A stretch of DNA of 64,000 nt from Coraliomargaritaceae bacterium. Its GTDB lineage: Bacteria > Verrucomicrobiota > Verrucomicrobiia > Opitutales > Coraliomargaritaceae. Below are positions 32,466 through 42,893 of the stretch, in pieces. The position numbers and the translations under genes are program-made. Below the pieces are notes generated by a model. The model worked only from the letters and a program-made list of their open reading frames with translations. It was not told the DNA's origin and made no database searches. How positions within the stretch are numbered: position 1 is the first letter of the stretch; each line of letters opens with the position of its first letter. The stretch lies in contig CBFHKU010000004.1 of NCBI GenBank assembly GCA_965656495.1, forward strand, positions 64,001 to 128,000. The letters run 5' to 3'.

Positions 32466-34049
32466 ATAAAACGCTCCCATCAAATCGACCGAGCCCAATC
32501 TGCAAAAACTCCTTTTGATATTGCGGTAATCGGCGGCGGTGCATCCGGACTAGGTGCAGCACTTGACGCAGCTGCCCGCGGCCACCGGGTTGCGCTCTTC
32601 GAGCAAGCTGATTTTGCAAAGGGCACCTCCAGCCGTTCCACCAAACTGGTTCATGGAGGCGTGCGTTACCTGCAACAGGGAAATGTCTCGCTGGTTCTGG
32701 AAGCACTGCGCGAGCGCGGGCGCCTCGCTGCAAATGCCCCCCATCTGGTTCACCCACAGTCCTTTGTTATTCCAAATTACGCTTGGTGGGAAGGCCCCTT
32801 CTATGGCATTGGTATGAAAGTCTATGATCGACTCGCCGGCAAACTCGGCCTTGCGCCCTCACGGCACCTTAATATCGATGAAACCCTCGAGGCGATCCCG
32901 ACGATCGAACAGGCCAAACTCCTCGGCGGAGTTATTTATCAGGATGGGCAGTTCGACGACGCACGCCTTGCCATCAACCTCGCCCAAACCGCCGAATCCC
33001 TCGGCGCAGTAGTCCTAAACTATACCCGCTGTGTTGGCCTCGTCAAAGAACACGGCCTCCTTTGCGGAGTCGAAATCGAGGATCTGGAATCCGGCCAAAC
33101 CTTCACCGTTCGCGCGAAATCAGTCATTAATGCAACCGGTGTTTTCGCAGACTCACTCCGCCAAATAGACGAACCCAAAGCAGGCTCCATTATCGCGGTG
33201 AGCCAAGGAATCCATATTGTCCTCCCCAGGCATTTCCTTCCGGGAGAAGCAGCCATCATGGTTCCCAAGACCGAAGATGGGCGCGTCCTTTTCGCAGTAC
33301 CATGGCATGACCATGTCGTCGTCGGCACCACCGATACGCCCATTGCGACGGCAAAACTGGAACCGCGCGCGCTCAGCGAGGAACGTGAGTTTGTAATGAC
33401 TCATGCCTGCAAATACTTAAACCATAATCCCCAACCCGAAGATGTTTGCAGTATCTTTGCGGGGCTCAGGCCGCTCGTGCGCTCCGATGATTCAAACGGA
33501 AACACCGCAGCCCTTTCACGGGATCACAGTATTATTATCAGCCAAAGCGGTCTCATCACTCTAACCGGCGGAAAGTGGACGACCTATCGAAAAATGGCTG
33601 AAGACGTCATCGATCACGCCGAAACCCTTGCAGGACTGGAACATCAACCCTGCCCCACCGTTAATTTGCAAATCCACGGTTGGACCCATGAGCCCATCAA
33701 AGCAAAAAACCTCCAAGTCTATGGATCGGATGCACGTGAAATAGAAAACCTCATAGAGAGCACACCTGCGCTCGCGGAAAAGATACACCCTGATCTACCA
33801 TACCAAAAAGCCGAAATCTTTTGGCACGCTCAGGAAGAAATGGCGCGCACCGTGGAAGATGTACTGGCACGACGGACGCGGGCCCTCCTGCTGAATGCAC
33901 GCGCATCCATGGAGGCGGCGCCCATAGTGGCGAGCATGCTTGCAAAGGTTTTTAACCATGGCAGCGATTGGCAGAAAAAACAGATAGAAGCTTACTTAGA
34001 CTTAGCCAGAGGTTATGATTTCCTGTCCTCCGAAAGTGTTGGCAACTGA
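32466..34049 (+). CDS. glpD: FAD-dependent glycerol-3-phosphate dehydrogenase (non-canonical or mutated start)
   Basis: Frame is open upstream of GTG 32661 and encodes FDIAVIGGGASG and GTSSRSTKLVHGGVRYL; ATA 32466 is the likeliest start after TAG 32457. Confidence 0.9.
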   Translation: MKRSHQIDRAQSAKTPFDIAVIGGGASGLGAALDAAARGHRVALFEQADFAKGTSSRSTKLVHGGVRYLQQGNVSLVLEALRERGRLAANAPHLVHPQSFVIPNYAWWEGPFYGIGMKVYDRLAGKLGLAPSRHLNIDETLEAIPTIEQAKLLGGVIYQDGQFDDARLAINLAQTAESLGAVVLNYTRCVGLVKEHGLLCGVEIEDLESGQTFTVRAKSVINATGVFADSLRQIDEPKAGSIIAVSQGIHIVLPRHFLPGEAAIMVPKTEDGRVLFAVPWHDHVVVGTTDTPIATAKLEPRALSEEREFVMTHACKYLNHNPQPEDVCSIFAGLRPLVRSDDSNGNTAALSRDHSIIISQSGLITLTGGKWTTYRKMAEDVIDHAETLAGLEHQPCPTVNLQIHGWTHEPIKAKNLQVYGSDAREIENLIESTPALAEKIHPDLPYQKAEIFWHAQEEMARTVEDVLARRTRALLLNARASMEAAPIVASMLAKVFNHGSDWQKKQIEAYLDLARGYDFLSSESVGN

Positions 34050-34205
34050 AAACGGCCCCACAATTAGAACCTACTTGTTCAATTTTATACCCTTTTAATA
34101 CCAAATTTAAAATTATTTTATATTGATTCTAAATGTTTAATTTGTACATTTATAAACCATTGCTAAAAAGCATTAACCCTAAATATTAACTCAAAATAAA
34201 AAGTA

Positions 34206-35003
34206 ATGGAAGATTGGAATTACAAAGACATAGAAGTGTGCTGCAACGAGTGTGGTAAGATCGCAACCTTGCATCCGGATCAAAACCTTATCAAAGGCAA
34301 AGATATAAAATGGCCGCCGCCGGAGCTGACCCGTAAAATTTCTCAAAAGTCAATGGATTCATGCCACTCCGGCAATGTACATCTCCTAAATGACAACTGG
34401 AAACTAGGCTATTTTTGTGAACTTCAGGCCATCAACAATGTATCAGCACTAGTGTGGTCTGCCTTCGGAACAGTAATGAAAACCAAGAAGGAAATCCTTG
34501 AAAGCTGGACTTCCGAATTATTCAAGCAACTGAAGATTGATGATGCTAGCGCTGAAGACACACAGATGTTCCTCTGGCGAAAGCTACCACCTTGCAAAAA
34601 TCTAACCGTGCCAAATTCCGAGTTGGATGTCATCCTCTCGACTCGTAATTGCATCTTGTTTTTCATCGCTTCATGGAGCGAAAAACAGGGCAGTGCTTTA
34701 AGAGAGGAAATCCGCCAAAAGCTTACCGCCTTGAGCGAATTCCTAAAATCCGATTCGCCCTTCAATCTTTTAAGAAATAAGATCTACGGCATCGTCGGTG
34801 TAAGTTATAATGACGACATCTGGGATGGAATCGATTTACCAGCAGAGTGTCGCACTTTTGGCCTCACTTGGCATCAATTATGTGCCCTCAAAAATCATCC
34901 CTACGCCCTCGAGTTACAGCATTATTATAAGTGGAAGGAAAAATACTCCTACATCACTGATGGCAATGAGGCTCATGTTGCCCAAACCAAGCTCATCGCT
35001 TGA
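34206..35003 (+). CDS. Hypothetical protein (AT-richer than flanks)
   Basis: 265-aa ORF after an AT-rich intergenic region; N-terminal CCNECG. Confidence 0.65.
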   Translation: MEDWNYKDIEVCCNECGKIATLHPDQNLIKGKDIKWPPPELTRKISQKSMDSCHSGNVHLLNDNWKLGYFCELQAINNVSALVWSAFGTVMKTKKEILESWTSELFKQLKIDDASAEDTQMFLWRKLPPCKNLTVPNSELDVILSTRNCILFFIASWSEKQGSALREEIRQKLTALSEFLKSDSPFNLLRNKIYGIVGVSYNDDIWDGIDLPAECRTFGLTWHQLCALKNHPYALELQHYYKWKEKYSYITDGNEAHVAQTKLIA

Positions 35004-35015
35004 ACTGAGGAAATT

Positions 35016-35924
35016 TTAGACCGGCAGGTCTTCATACCCGAAAACCGGGATCACGTCGATCGACTTGTCGGTTCGCCGGGCAAGCCCGGAGAGCACCTTG
35101 CCCGGCCCGCACTCATAAAATTGCTCTACCGCGTTTTCAGCAGCGGCGTTACGCAGGCAATCTTCAAACTTCACCGATGAGACCACCTGCTGCACGAGAC
35201 ATTCCTTTATTTGCGCCGGCTCACTTACCTTTTGCCCGGTTACGTTGGTGTAAACGGCAAGACTAGGTGCCTTAAACTCAAAATCCTCAATATAACCAGC
35301 AAAAGCATCGCGGGCGGAGACCATCAAACGACTGTGATAGGCACCGGCTACATTGAGCGGTTTCACCAGCTTAAAGCCACGACCCGAGGAATTCGCGACC
35401 GCATCCAGAACTTTCTCATTTTCTCCGGAAATCACAATCTGGCCCGGGCAATTCAAATTCGCGATTTCAATATCAAATTCTTCACAGAGTTGCTGCACTG
35501 CCTCCGGTTCTCCCCCGATCACACTCGCCATACCACCTTTCGTTGTATCACAAGCCAATTGCATCAAACGACCCCGTTCCGCCACCAGACGCAAACCGGT
35601 TTCAAAGTCAAACACCCCTGCGCAGGCTAGAGCGGTCAATTCTCCCAAACTCAAGCCGCAGGCCGTTACCAAATTATCGAGCAATCCCCGCTCCTTGAGC
35701 AACGCATAGACCACATAACCATGCACATAAAGCGCTGGCTGACAAACCTTCGTGCTGCGCAACGCCTCCTCCGGCCCCTCAAAGCTGATGCCCTTCAAGT
35801 CCCATCCCAAGACCTCATTCGCGGTATCATAGAGGGTGCGCGCGGTCTCGGAAGATTCATAAAGGGAGCGTCCCATCCCAATTTGCTGCGCGCCCTGTCC
35901 TGAAAAAAGTAAGCCTGTAACCAT
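35016..35924 (-). CDS. fabD: Malonyl-CoA:ACP transacylase
   Basis: FSGQGAQ, GLSLGE, ANLNCPGQIVISG, VAGAYHS, ECGPGKVL. Confidence 0.95.
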   Translation of the reverse strand: MVTGLLFSGQGAQQIGMGRSLYESSETARTLYDTANEVLGWDLKGISFEGPEEALRSTKVCQPALYVHGYVVYALLKERGLLDNLVTACGLSLGELTALACAGVFDFETGLRLVAERGRLMQLACDTTKGGMASVIGGEPEAVQQLCEEFDIEIANLNCPGQIVISGENEKVLDAVANSSGRGFKLVKPLNVAGAYHSRLMVSARDAFAGYIEDFEFKAPSLAVYTNVTGQKVSEPAQIKECLVQQVVSSVKFEDCLRNAAAENAVEQFYECGPGKVLSGLARRTDKSIDVIPVFGYEDLPV

Positions 35925-36383
35925 AATTGAAAGATTTTAAAATTTAGAATAGGAAGTAAAATAAAGAGTGCAGGTGCGTAGCGTGGCAACCCGAAAGAAG
36001 ACATGTGCAAAAACAACAACTGGACCACTGGGATAAAAGTCATAGCTGGCATCCCTTCATTTGGCTGGGTTTGGATTTTCAACGGGGTTGGCTACCAGCT
36101 TTGCCGCATGGAAAATAAAATACGGCGTTATGAATACCCGTGCGCCTTGTCCTTTTGGAAATCCCTGCATGGGACCGGTGTTAGCGTCCGCCGAAAATCC
36201 AAACCCAGCCAAATGAAGCGCTTTTTTCGGGATTATGAGGCTAAATTTTCCGGAAAGGGAGGAGGAATCTACGCAAGCTGGAACTTCTGCCGGGTACAAT
36301 TACAAGCTCCGCAATAAAAAACGCTGTAATTGTTTTTGATTTGAGAGGTTGCCAGTCGCCAGAACTCGACCACAGTCAATACA

Positions 36384-37193
36384 GTGAACGATACAAATAA
36401 AACGATGGATTGCCCTGATATCGACCGCTTCTGGGATGCATTGCGCCATTTGGCGGCAGCGATGCTGGAGCGTGAACCCGCCCTGAAGACTCTCCTGCAT
36501 GAGACCGTTATCGACCGGTCTAGCTTTGCGGAAAGCCTCACCCACCGCCTCACCCGCAAGCTCGCCAACCACGCTGCTTCAATCGAGGTGCTCCACCAGA
36601 CCTTTCTCCAGGCATTCAACGAAGATCCCCAAATACTTGAACAGATCGCGATGGATATGCGGGCCGTTTGCGATCGCGACCCGGCCTGCCCGGATGCCTT
36701 GACCCCACTCCTGTTTTTCAAGGGTTTTCAATCCCTTGTTTGCTACCGCGTCGCACATTTTCTTTGGAACCAGGACCGCCGCGAATTCGCGCTTTACCTG
36801 CAAAGTCTTATCTCCGAGACCTTCAGCGTGGATATCCATCCAGCGGCAAAACTCGCCGGCGGCATTCTCCTTGACCACGCGACCGGTTTTGTCGCGGGCG
36901 AAACCGCCGTCATCGAACAGGATGTTTCGATCCTCCACGAAGTCACCCTCGGTGGAACCGGGAAAGACCGTGGCGACCGGCATCCCAAAGTGCGCTCCGG
37001 AGTTTTGCTCGGAGCCGGAGCAAAGATCCTCGGCAATGTTGAAATTGGCGCGGGCGCGAAAGTCGGGGCCGGCAGCGTGGTCCTGAATGACGTGCCACCC
37101 CATACCAGCGTGGCGGGAGTACCTGCCAAAGTGATTGGCAAGACCAGCGAAGTCTCACCTGCGCTGGGTATGTGCCATGAATTGGACCGCTAG
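36384..37193 (+). CDS. cysE: Serine O-acetyltransferase
   Basis: RDPAC, VDIHPAA, LDHATG, TLGGTGK..GDRHPK. Confidence 0.95.
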   Translation: MNDTNKTMDCPDIDRFWDALRHLAAAMLEREPALKTLLHETVIDRSSFAESLTHRLTRKLANHAASIEVLHQTFLQAFNEDPQILEQIAMDMRAVCDRDPACPDALTPLLFFKGFQSLVCYRVAHFLWNQDRREFALYLQSLISETFSVDIHPAAKLAGGILLDHATGFVAGETAVIEQDVSILHEVTLGGTGKDRGDRHPKVRSGVLLGAGAKILGNVEIGAGAKVGAGSVVLNDVPPHTSVAGVPAKVIGKTSEVSPALGMCHELDR

Positions 37194-37213
37194 CTGATAA
37201 ACCCGGCGCTGAT

Positions 37214-39454
37214 ATGGACGCTTCCCATCTAGCCAACGCAGATCCGCATAGTGCCCTGTGGGCCCTCTGCCTCGCCGTGGGCGCTGGCTGTTTATTGACG
37301 GTCCTCTCCCGCCGACTCCACTTGCCCACCATCGTACTGCTTCTCGGTGGCGGCTTTGTCTTGGGGCCCGAAGGTCTCAACCTCCTGCGCCCCGATGCGC
37401 TCGGTCATTTTCTGCCGGTGCTCGTCTCTCTTGCGGTGGCACTCATCCTTTACGAAGGGGGACTCACTCTCGACCTCAAGGAATTTACCCAAACCTCCAC
37501 TGTAATTCAACGCCTGCTTAGCGCAGGTGTGCTCATTACCTGGTTTGGTACTGCCCTGAGCGTCTATATTTTCTTTGATACCACCCCCTCCTACGCTCTT
37601 TTAATGGGGAGTTTGGTGATCGTGACTGGCCCCACCGTGATCGTACCCCTCTTACGCCGTATTCGTCTTAGCAAACGAGTTGCGAGTATTTTGCATTGGG
37701 AGGCTGTACTCATCGACTCAATCGGTGTCTTTGTCGCCATCCTTTGTTATGAATGGGTTGCGGAGGGCGGTGGCGCGGTGGCACTCCCGAATTTCATCGT
37801 GCGCATCCTAAGCGGCGCGACTTTGGGAGTTGTCGGCGGTTATTTGATTTATTTCACGATGCGGCGGGGTTGGGTTCCCGACAATATCGTGAACGCCTTC
37901 TCGCTGGCCAGCGCGATGCTGCTTTTTGGGCTGACCGAATTAATCCGCCCCGAGGCGGGCCTCCTGAGCGTCACGGTCGCCGGACTCATCGTGGGGCTCA
38001 ACAAGCCGCGCCAACTGCGGGAGGTGAAGGCTTTTAAAGCAGAGATTGTTGACCTTTTGATCGGTCTGCTCTTCCTCCTGCTGGTCGCCCGCCTTGAATG
38101 GGCACAGTTTGTCAGTTTTTATTCCAATGGCGGTGGCTGGGTCTTGCTCTCCGTCATCTTTTTGGTGCGTCCTTTGAGCGTTATCACCTCTTCCTGGGGA
38201 ACCGCTTTGAACAAGCGCGAAAAAGCATTGCTCAGTTGGGTTGCCCCCCGGGGCGTGGTTGCCGCCTCCATGGCTTCCCTTTTTGCTTTGTCGCTTTCAC
38301 AGGCAGACAACCCCCAGGGCGACCCCAAGCTCCTTGAATCCTTTGTCTATTCAGTCATCTGCGCCACTGTCATACTTCAAGGTCTCTCCGCTGGAATTTT
38401 CGCGCGTATGCTTGGACTACAGCGACCCGCCCCAAATGACTGGGTCATTATCGGTGCACATTATTTTGGACGCCAATTGGCGCGCCTTATCAACGATGTC
38501 GACAAGCAACAGGATGTCATCCTGCTCGACAGCAACGCCCGCAACGCTGCCCTCGCACGCCGCGAAGGCTACGTTGCCCTCCACCGGGACGGCATGGCAG
38601 CCGAGGAACTCTACGAGGAGGAACAGGCCCTCTTCGGCACCGGTTACGTCCTCGCATTGACCGACAATATTGAACTCAACAACATCCTCATGCAGCGCTG
38701 GGCCGAAAAACTCGGTTCAGAAAAGGTATTTGGTTGGATTCCTGAAACCAGCTCGCATGACATCAACCGTATAACCGGTCAGTCCGTCTTTGGCGATTTG
38801 GCGCGTCCATCCCTCATCAGCAATGAACTGATGCAAAACGAAAGCAACTTCGAGACGATTGTATGGACCGAGGGCACAGTCCTGCCAACAAACGACTGGC
38901 ACCCCCTCTTTATTCGCCGGGGTCGGAGCCTGCGCACCCTCACCAACGATGCCGCCTTAAAAGAAAGGGTGCGTCAAGGCGATGAGGTCATATGCCTGAA
39001 GCGATCCAAAGGTTTCCTGGTCAGAGCCCTGCAGGAAGGTTCGTTTCACGGACTCCAAAGCACAAGCCTTGGAGCACTTTATACCGAGATTGCTCAAATT
39101 GCTGACGCCAACCTCACCGGTGTTCAAAGCAAAGTGGTCATGGAGCACCTCGAAGCACAAAATACCCGCTACCCCGCTTGTCTTGGACATGGTATTGCAA
39201 TCCCACATGTTCACTGCGAGGGGCTCGATAAACGCGCTTGCTTTGTGATTCACCTCTCAAGCGGATTGCCCGTCCCGAATCAAACGGAGCCCCTTCAGCT
39301 CATTTTCTTCCTCCTCAGCCCGACTGATGATACTGAAGGTCACCTGGCTACTTTAAATGATATCGCAAAAAACTGCCGCTCCTCAAAAACGAGAGCAAAA
39401 CTGCTCGCAGCAAAGTCTCAAAGTCAGGTTATCGATGCGATCCTGAGCCGCTAA
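37214..39454 (+). CDS. CPA1-type cation:proton antiporter with RCK-like and PTS EIIA-like C-terminal domains
   Basis: TM region with VTGPTV and APRGVVAAS; VIIGAHYFGR; GHGIAIPH. Confidence 0.85.
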   Translation: MDASHLANADPHSALWALCLAVGAGCLLTVLSRRLHLPTIVLLLGGGFVLGPEGLNLLRPDALGHFLPVLVSLAVALILYEGGLTLDLKEFTQTSTVIQRLLSAGVLITWFGTALSVYIFFDTTPSYALLMGSLVIVTGPTVIVPLLRRIRLSKRVASILHWEAVLIDSIGVFVAILCYEWVAEGGGAVALPNFIVRILSGATLGVVGGYLIYFTMRRGWVPDNIVNAFSLASAMLLFGLTELIRPEAGLLSVTVAGLIVGLNKPRQLREVKAFKAEIVDLLIGLLFLLLVARLEWAQFVSFYSNGGGWVLLSVIFLVRPLSVITSSWGTALNKREKALLSWVAPRGVVAASMASLFALSLSQADNPQGDPKLLESFVYSVICATVILQGLSAGIFARMLGLQRPAPNDWVIIGAHYFGRQLARLINDVDKQQDVILLDSNARNAALARREGYVALHRDGMAAEELYEEEQALFGTGYVLALTDNIELNNILMQRWAEKLGSEKVFGWIPETSSHDINRITGQSVFGDLARPSLISNELMQNESNFETIVWTEGTVLPTNDWHPLFIRRGRSLRTLTNDAALKERVRQGDEVICLKRSKGFLVRALQEGSFHGLQSTSLGALYTEIAQIADANLTGVQSKVVMEHLEAQNTRYPACLGHGIAIPHVHCEGLDKRACFVIHLSSGLPVPNQTEPLQLIFFLLSPTDDTEGHLATLNDIAKNCRSSKTRAKLLAAKSQSQVIDAILSR

Positions 39455-39753
39455 GCACCAAAAATACGGTAATTTTAACCGAAAATACGTGTTTTTTACA
39501 TTAGATGCATTTTATTTATAAATATGTATAATTTTATTTTTTAGTTGTTGACATTATTTTTAATTGGTTTTTCTATACTATTTAAATTCAGCCCGCGTTC
39601 TTTTTCAAACCAGTCAACTTTTTCAGCTTTTGCGTCTACGGCGCAAGTTAGTAGTAAGTAAGAGTAGATAGTATAGGGTAATATAGGGTAAGCGGGCAGT
39701 GCCGCAAGGCGCTGTCCGCTTTTACTTTTTAGATTTATTTTTATATTAAAGAG

Positions 39754-40365
39754 ATGTATCCGACAAAAGAGATAGGTAATAAAAGGCAATCAATTAACCA
39801 TTGGAAGCAGCCCAGTGTAAGTCTATTATTTAGATACTGCTTCATAAACCTTTTAGCGCTGGCCTGTTTTCCCCTCTTCGCCCAAGCCAATATTTCCAGC
39901 AAATTATTGGAAGTAAAGGAAGCGCGAGAAACAGCCAAAGTTTCGGGTCTCAAGAATACTACGCCCACAAATGCAAAGATTAATATTGGGAGCGGTTTTG
40001 AACAAAGTGCCTCGTCTTCAAGCTTATTCAAGAGCGCAAATAAAAGTTATGTTGAAAACAATACGATACGCGGCCTTTTAATCAACGACCTTGCTAATAA
40101 TAATCTACTTGAAAATATCACCGAAGCTCAGACTGCTACTTCATCAGAAAATAACGCCTCCGTTAGCAAAACTTCCGGAAATAATCCGACTAATATAACA
40201 GCCCAAGGAAGCATCACTGAAAAGGTTCGTAGCTTGGCAATCATGTTGTCAGTTGTTGCCATACCGCCCGCTCTGGTTGTTGGTCTTCTATTTTACAAAG
40301 TTTACCGCCGCAATAAAAGGTACGCGCATCGTCACGTAAACCACGAGCACAGCTGGCAAAGCTAA
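39754..40365 (+). CDS. Hypothetical Ser/Asn/Thr-rich membrane-anchored protein
   Basis: Signal-like segment, low-complexity middle, C-terminal TM plus basic tail; start uncertain. Confidence 0.5.
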   Translation: MYPTKEIGNKRQSINHWKQPSVSLLFRYCFINLLALACFPLFAQANISSKLLEVKEARETAKVSGLKNTTPTNAKINIGSGFEQSASSSSLFKSANKSYVENNTIRGLLINDLANNNLLENITEAQTATSSENNASVSKTSGNNPTNITAQGSITEKVRSLAIMLSVVAIPPALVVGLLFYKVYRRNKRYAHRHVNHEHSWQS

Positions 40366-40416
40366 GCTGTCTTTTTTAACAAGCGTAGCCGAACGGACCT
40401 TGTGCCCCCGTTCTTA

Positions 40417-42876
40417 TTATTTGCGAATCTGATAACTCGTTTCAGCTTCAATTTGATCCTGAATCGATTGAAAGGCTGAATTGACCTCCTTGTCATTCAA
40501 GGTGCGGTCTGCCGCACGGAAACTAAAACTCAGAGCCAAGCTTTTCATTCCTTCCGACAAGCCCTCGCCTTCGTAGGCGTCAAAGCAAGTGACCGACTCG
40601 CAAGTGAAACCCACCGCTGCTTTGTTCGCAAACTTTGCTAAATCGGATTGCACCCGGCCCGCCAAAACCGATTGCTCCACCAACAAGGCGATGTCACGAA
40701 CCGAGGCTGGTTGATTGCTGAGGGAAGCATGACGCGCACGTTTAACACTGCGTTGAAAACATTCCGGATTGATTTCCACCATTCCCGCAAAAACCGGATA
40801 TTCAAGGCTCCAGCGCTCACGGAGTGTCGCCGCATTCAACATCCCTGCGGTGCAGCTAAAACCCTGCCGCAGCAGGTCACCCGCCTGTGCGCTTTGGCCG
40901 CCCTGCCACAACGGGGAAGTCTCCTGTGGTTCAAAATTCAACTTTGCCCGAGGAAAACCTGCAAGTGATGCGATATTCTCACACAAGGTCCTCGCGGTAT
41001 AAAAATCCCCCAAATTTGAAGCCTTCCAGGCGCGTTCCTGTGATTCACCCACCAGCACAAAAGCAAAAGCAGCCAACTCCATTACCCCGGACTCCATTGC
41101 CCTGAAAATGCGACCACGCTCAAAAAAGCGCATCGCTCCGGTTCCTCTCGCGCTGTTCAATTGCAACACATCCAATAAGCCCGGAAGTAAACTTGCGCGC
41201 AAATGACTCTGGTCTGTCTGTAGAGGGTTTGCCAAATTCAAACGACCATGCGCCGCCTCACCAAATAGCACTTCGGTCTCCCCCGGATCACGGAGCGAGT
41301 AAAGCAAGGCCTCGTTGAAATTTTGCCCGGTCAAATAGGCCGCTACATTAGCGCTGACCGTGTAAGCCCGATTGTCCGCTACATCAATCCCGCGAGCGAT
41401 CACGGCAGTTTCCGGAATTCGATCCGTCCCGTAAAGACGCACAAATTCCTCAATCAAATCGACGTCGCGTTCCAAATCGCCGCGATAAGAGGGAATCCGA
41501 ACCTCCCAACGAACCACGCCGTCTGCTTCCGTGTGCTCGGCTACCTGCAAATCAAGCGCGGTTAATGTTTCGCAAATTGCTTCATTCGACACTTCAAAGC
41601 CAACGAAACGGCGCACTTGATCGGGAAACAAATCAATTGCCTTCAAGGTTGCCGGTTCCGAACCTGCCTCAATGCGATCACCCTCGACGCTACCGCCCGC
41701 CACTTCGAGGATCAAATCCACTGCCCGCAAAGACGCATAGAGCAAACCCTTGGGATCAATGCCACGCTCAAAACGATAGGAACTGTCACTACTCAAACCA
41801 ATCCCCCGTGCAGTAGCACGGATTGAAGCAGGGTTAAAATAAGCGGTTTCCAAAACCACATCGACCGTCGTCGCGTCCACTTCCGCATCGACTCCGCCCA
41901 TCACTCCGGCCACCGCCAACGGGCGCTTTGCGTCGGCAATGACCGCATCCGATGCTTTGAGCTTGCGCGCTTCGCCATCGAGCGTGGTGATCCCCTCCCC
42001 GTCTTTCGCGTAACGAACCACCAGTTTCTTTCCTTCAATCTTCGCAGCATCAAAGGCGTGCATCGGTTGTCCCGTCTCATGCAAAACATAATTCGTGACA
42101 TCCACCACATTGTTCACGGATCGAAGCCCAATCGATTCAAGCGCCTTGACCAACCACTCGGGACTTGCGCCCACCTTAACGCCCCGGATGCAAAACGCGG
42201 TGTAGTGCGGGCATACCTCCTCCGCCAGCAATTCAACCGCATCCAAAAGCGATTCCCCCGCAGATGGATTTTGGGTGCTTGCCTTGACCTCGGGATATTT
42301 AAGCTCGAGGCCAAAACGCGCCGCTACTTCCCGCGCCAGACCGATGTGGCTGAGCACATCCACACGGTTGGGTGTGATTTCCAAATCCAGAATGGTATCC
42401 ACTTCGTCGTAAATTTCATTGAGCGGAGTCCCAAGAGCCTGCCCTTTCTCAAGAATAAGAATTCCGTCATGATCCTGCCCGAGATTCAGTTCCTTCGCCG
42501 AACAAAGCATCCCTTCTGAAGGCTCACCCCGTAACTTGGATTTTTTGATTTTAAAATCACCGGGCAAAACCGCCCCCGGCAGCGCAACCATTACACGATC
42601 GCCCGCCTCGAAATTCTTTGCACCACATACGATCCGATGGGGCTCTCCCTCCTGGCCGGTACTGACCCGACAACAACGCAGGCGGTCGGCGTTTGGGTGT
42701 TGTTCGTATTCCAGCACTTCGCCCACCACCACGTTCTTCAGTGACGGCGGCCCAAGATGCTCGAGGGTCTCAATGTCAAAACCCAGCAGGGGCAAGACCT
42801 CCGCGAGCACCTCCGTAGCGTGTTCAACGGAATCCAGGTCCAGGTACTTTTTCAGCCAGTTGTAGGAAATTTTCAT
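40417..42876 (-). CDS. pheT: Phenylalanine--tRNA ligase beta subunit
   Basis: HPNADRL, LEITPNR, SYRFERG, LRASLLPGLL. Confidence 0.97.
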   Translation of the reverse strand: MKISYNWLKKYLDLDSVEHATEVLAEVLPLLGFDIETLEHLGPPSLKNVVVGEVLEYEQHPNADRLRCCRVSTGQEGEPHRIVCGAKNFEAGDRVMVALPGAVLPGDFKIKKSKLRGEPSEGMLCSAKELNLGQDHDGILILEKGQALGTPLNEIYDEVDTILDLEITPNRVDVLSHIGLAREVAARFGLELKYPEVKASTQNPSAGESLLDAVELLAEEVCPHYTAFCIRGVKVGASPEWLVKALESIGLRSVNNVVDVTNYVLHETGQPMHAFDAAKIEGKKLVVRYAKDGEGITTLDGEARKLKASDAVIADAKRPLAVAGVMGGVDAEVDATTVDVVLETAYFNPASIRATARGIGLSSDSSYRFERGIDPKGLLYASLRAVDLILEVAGGSVEGDRIEAGSEPATLKAIDLFPDQVRRFVGFEVSNEAICETLTALDLQVAEHTEADGVVRWEVRIPSYRGDLERDVDLIEEFVRLYGTDRIPETAVIARGIDVADNRAYTVSANVAAYLTGQNFNEALLYSLRDPGETEVLFGEAAHGRLNLANPLQTDQSHLRASLLPGLLDVLQLNSARGTGAMRFFERGRIFRAMESGVMELAAFAFVLVGESQERAWKASNLGDFYTARTLCENIASLAGFPRAKLNFEPQETSPLWQGGQSAQAGDLLRQGFSCTAGMLNAATLRERWSLEYPVFAGMVEINPECFQRSVKRARHASLSNQPASVRDIALLVEQSVLAGRVQSDLAKFANKAAVGFTCESVTCFDAYEGEGLSEGMKSLALSFSFRAADRTLNDKEVNSAFQSIQDQIEAETSYQIRK

Positions 42877-42893
42877 CGGTGCTTCAGTTCAGT

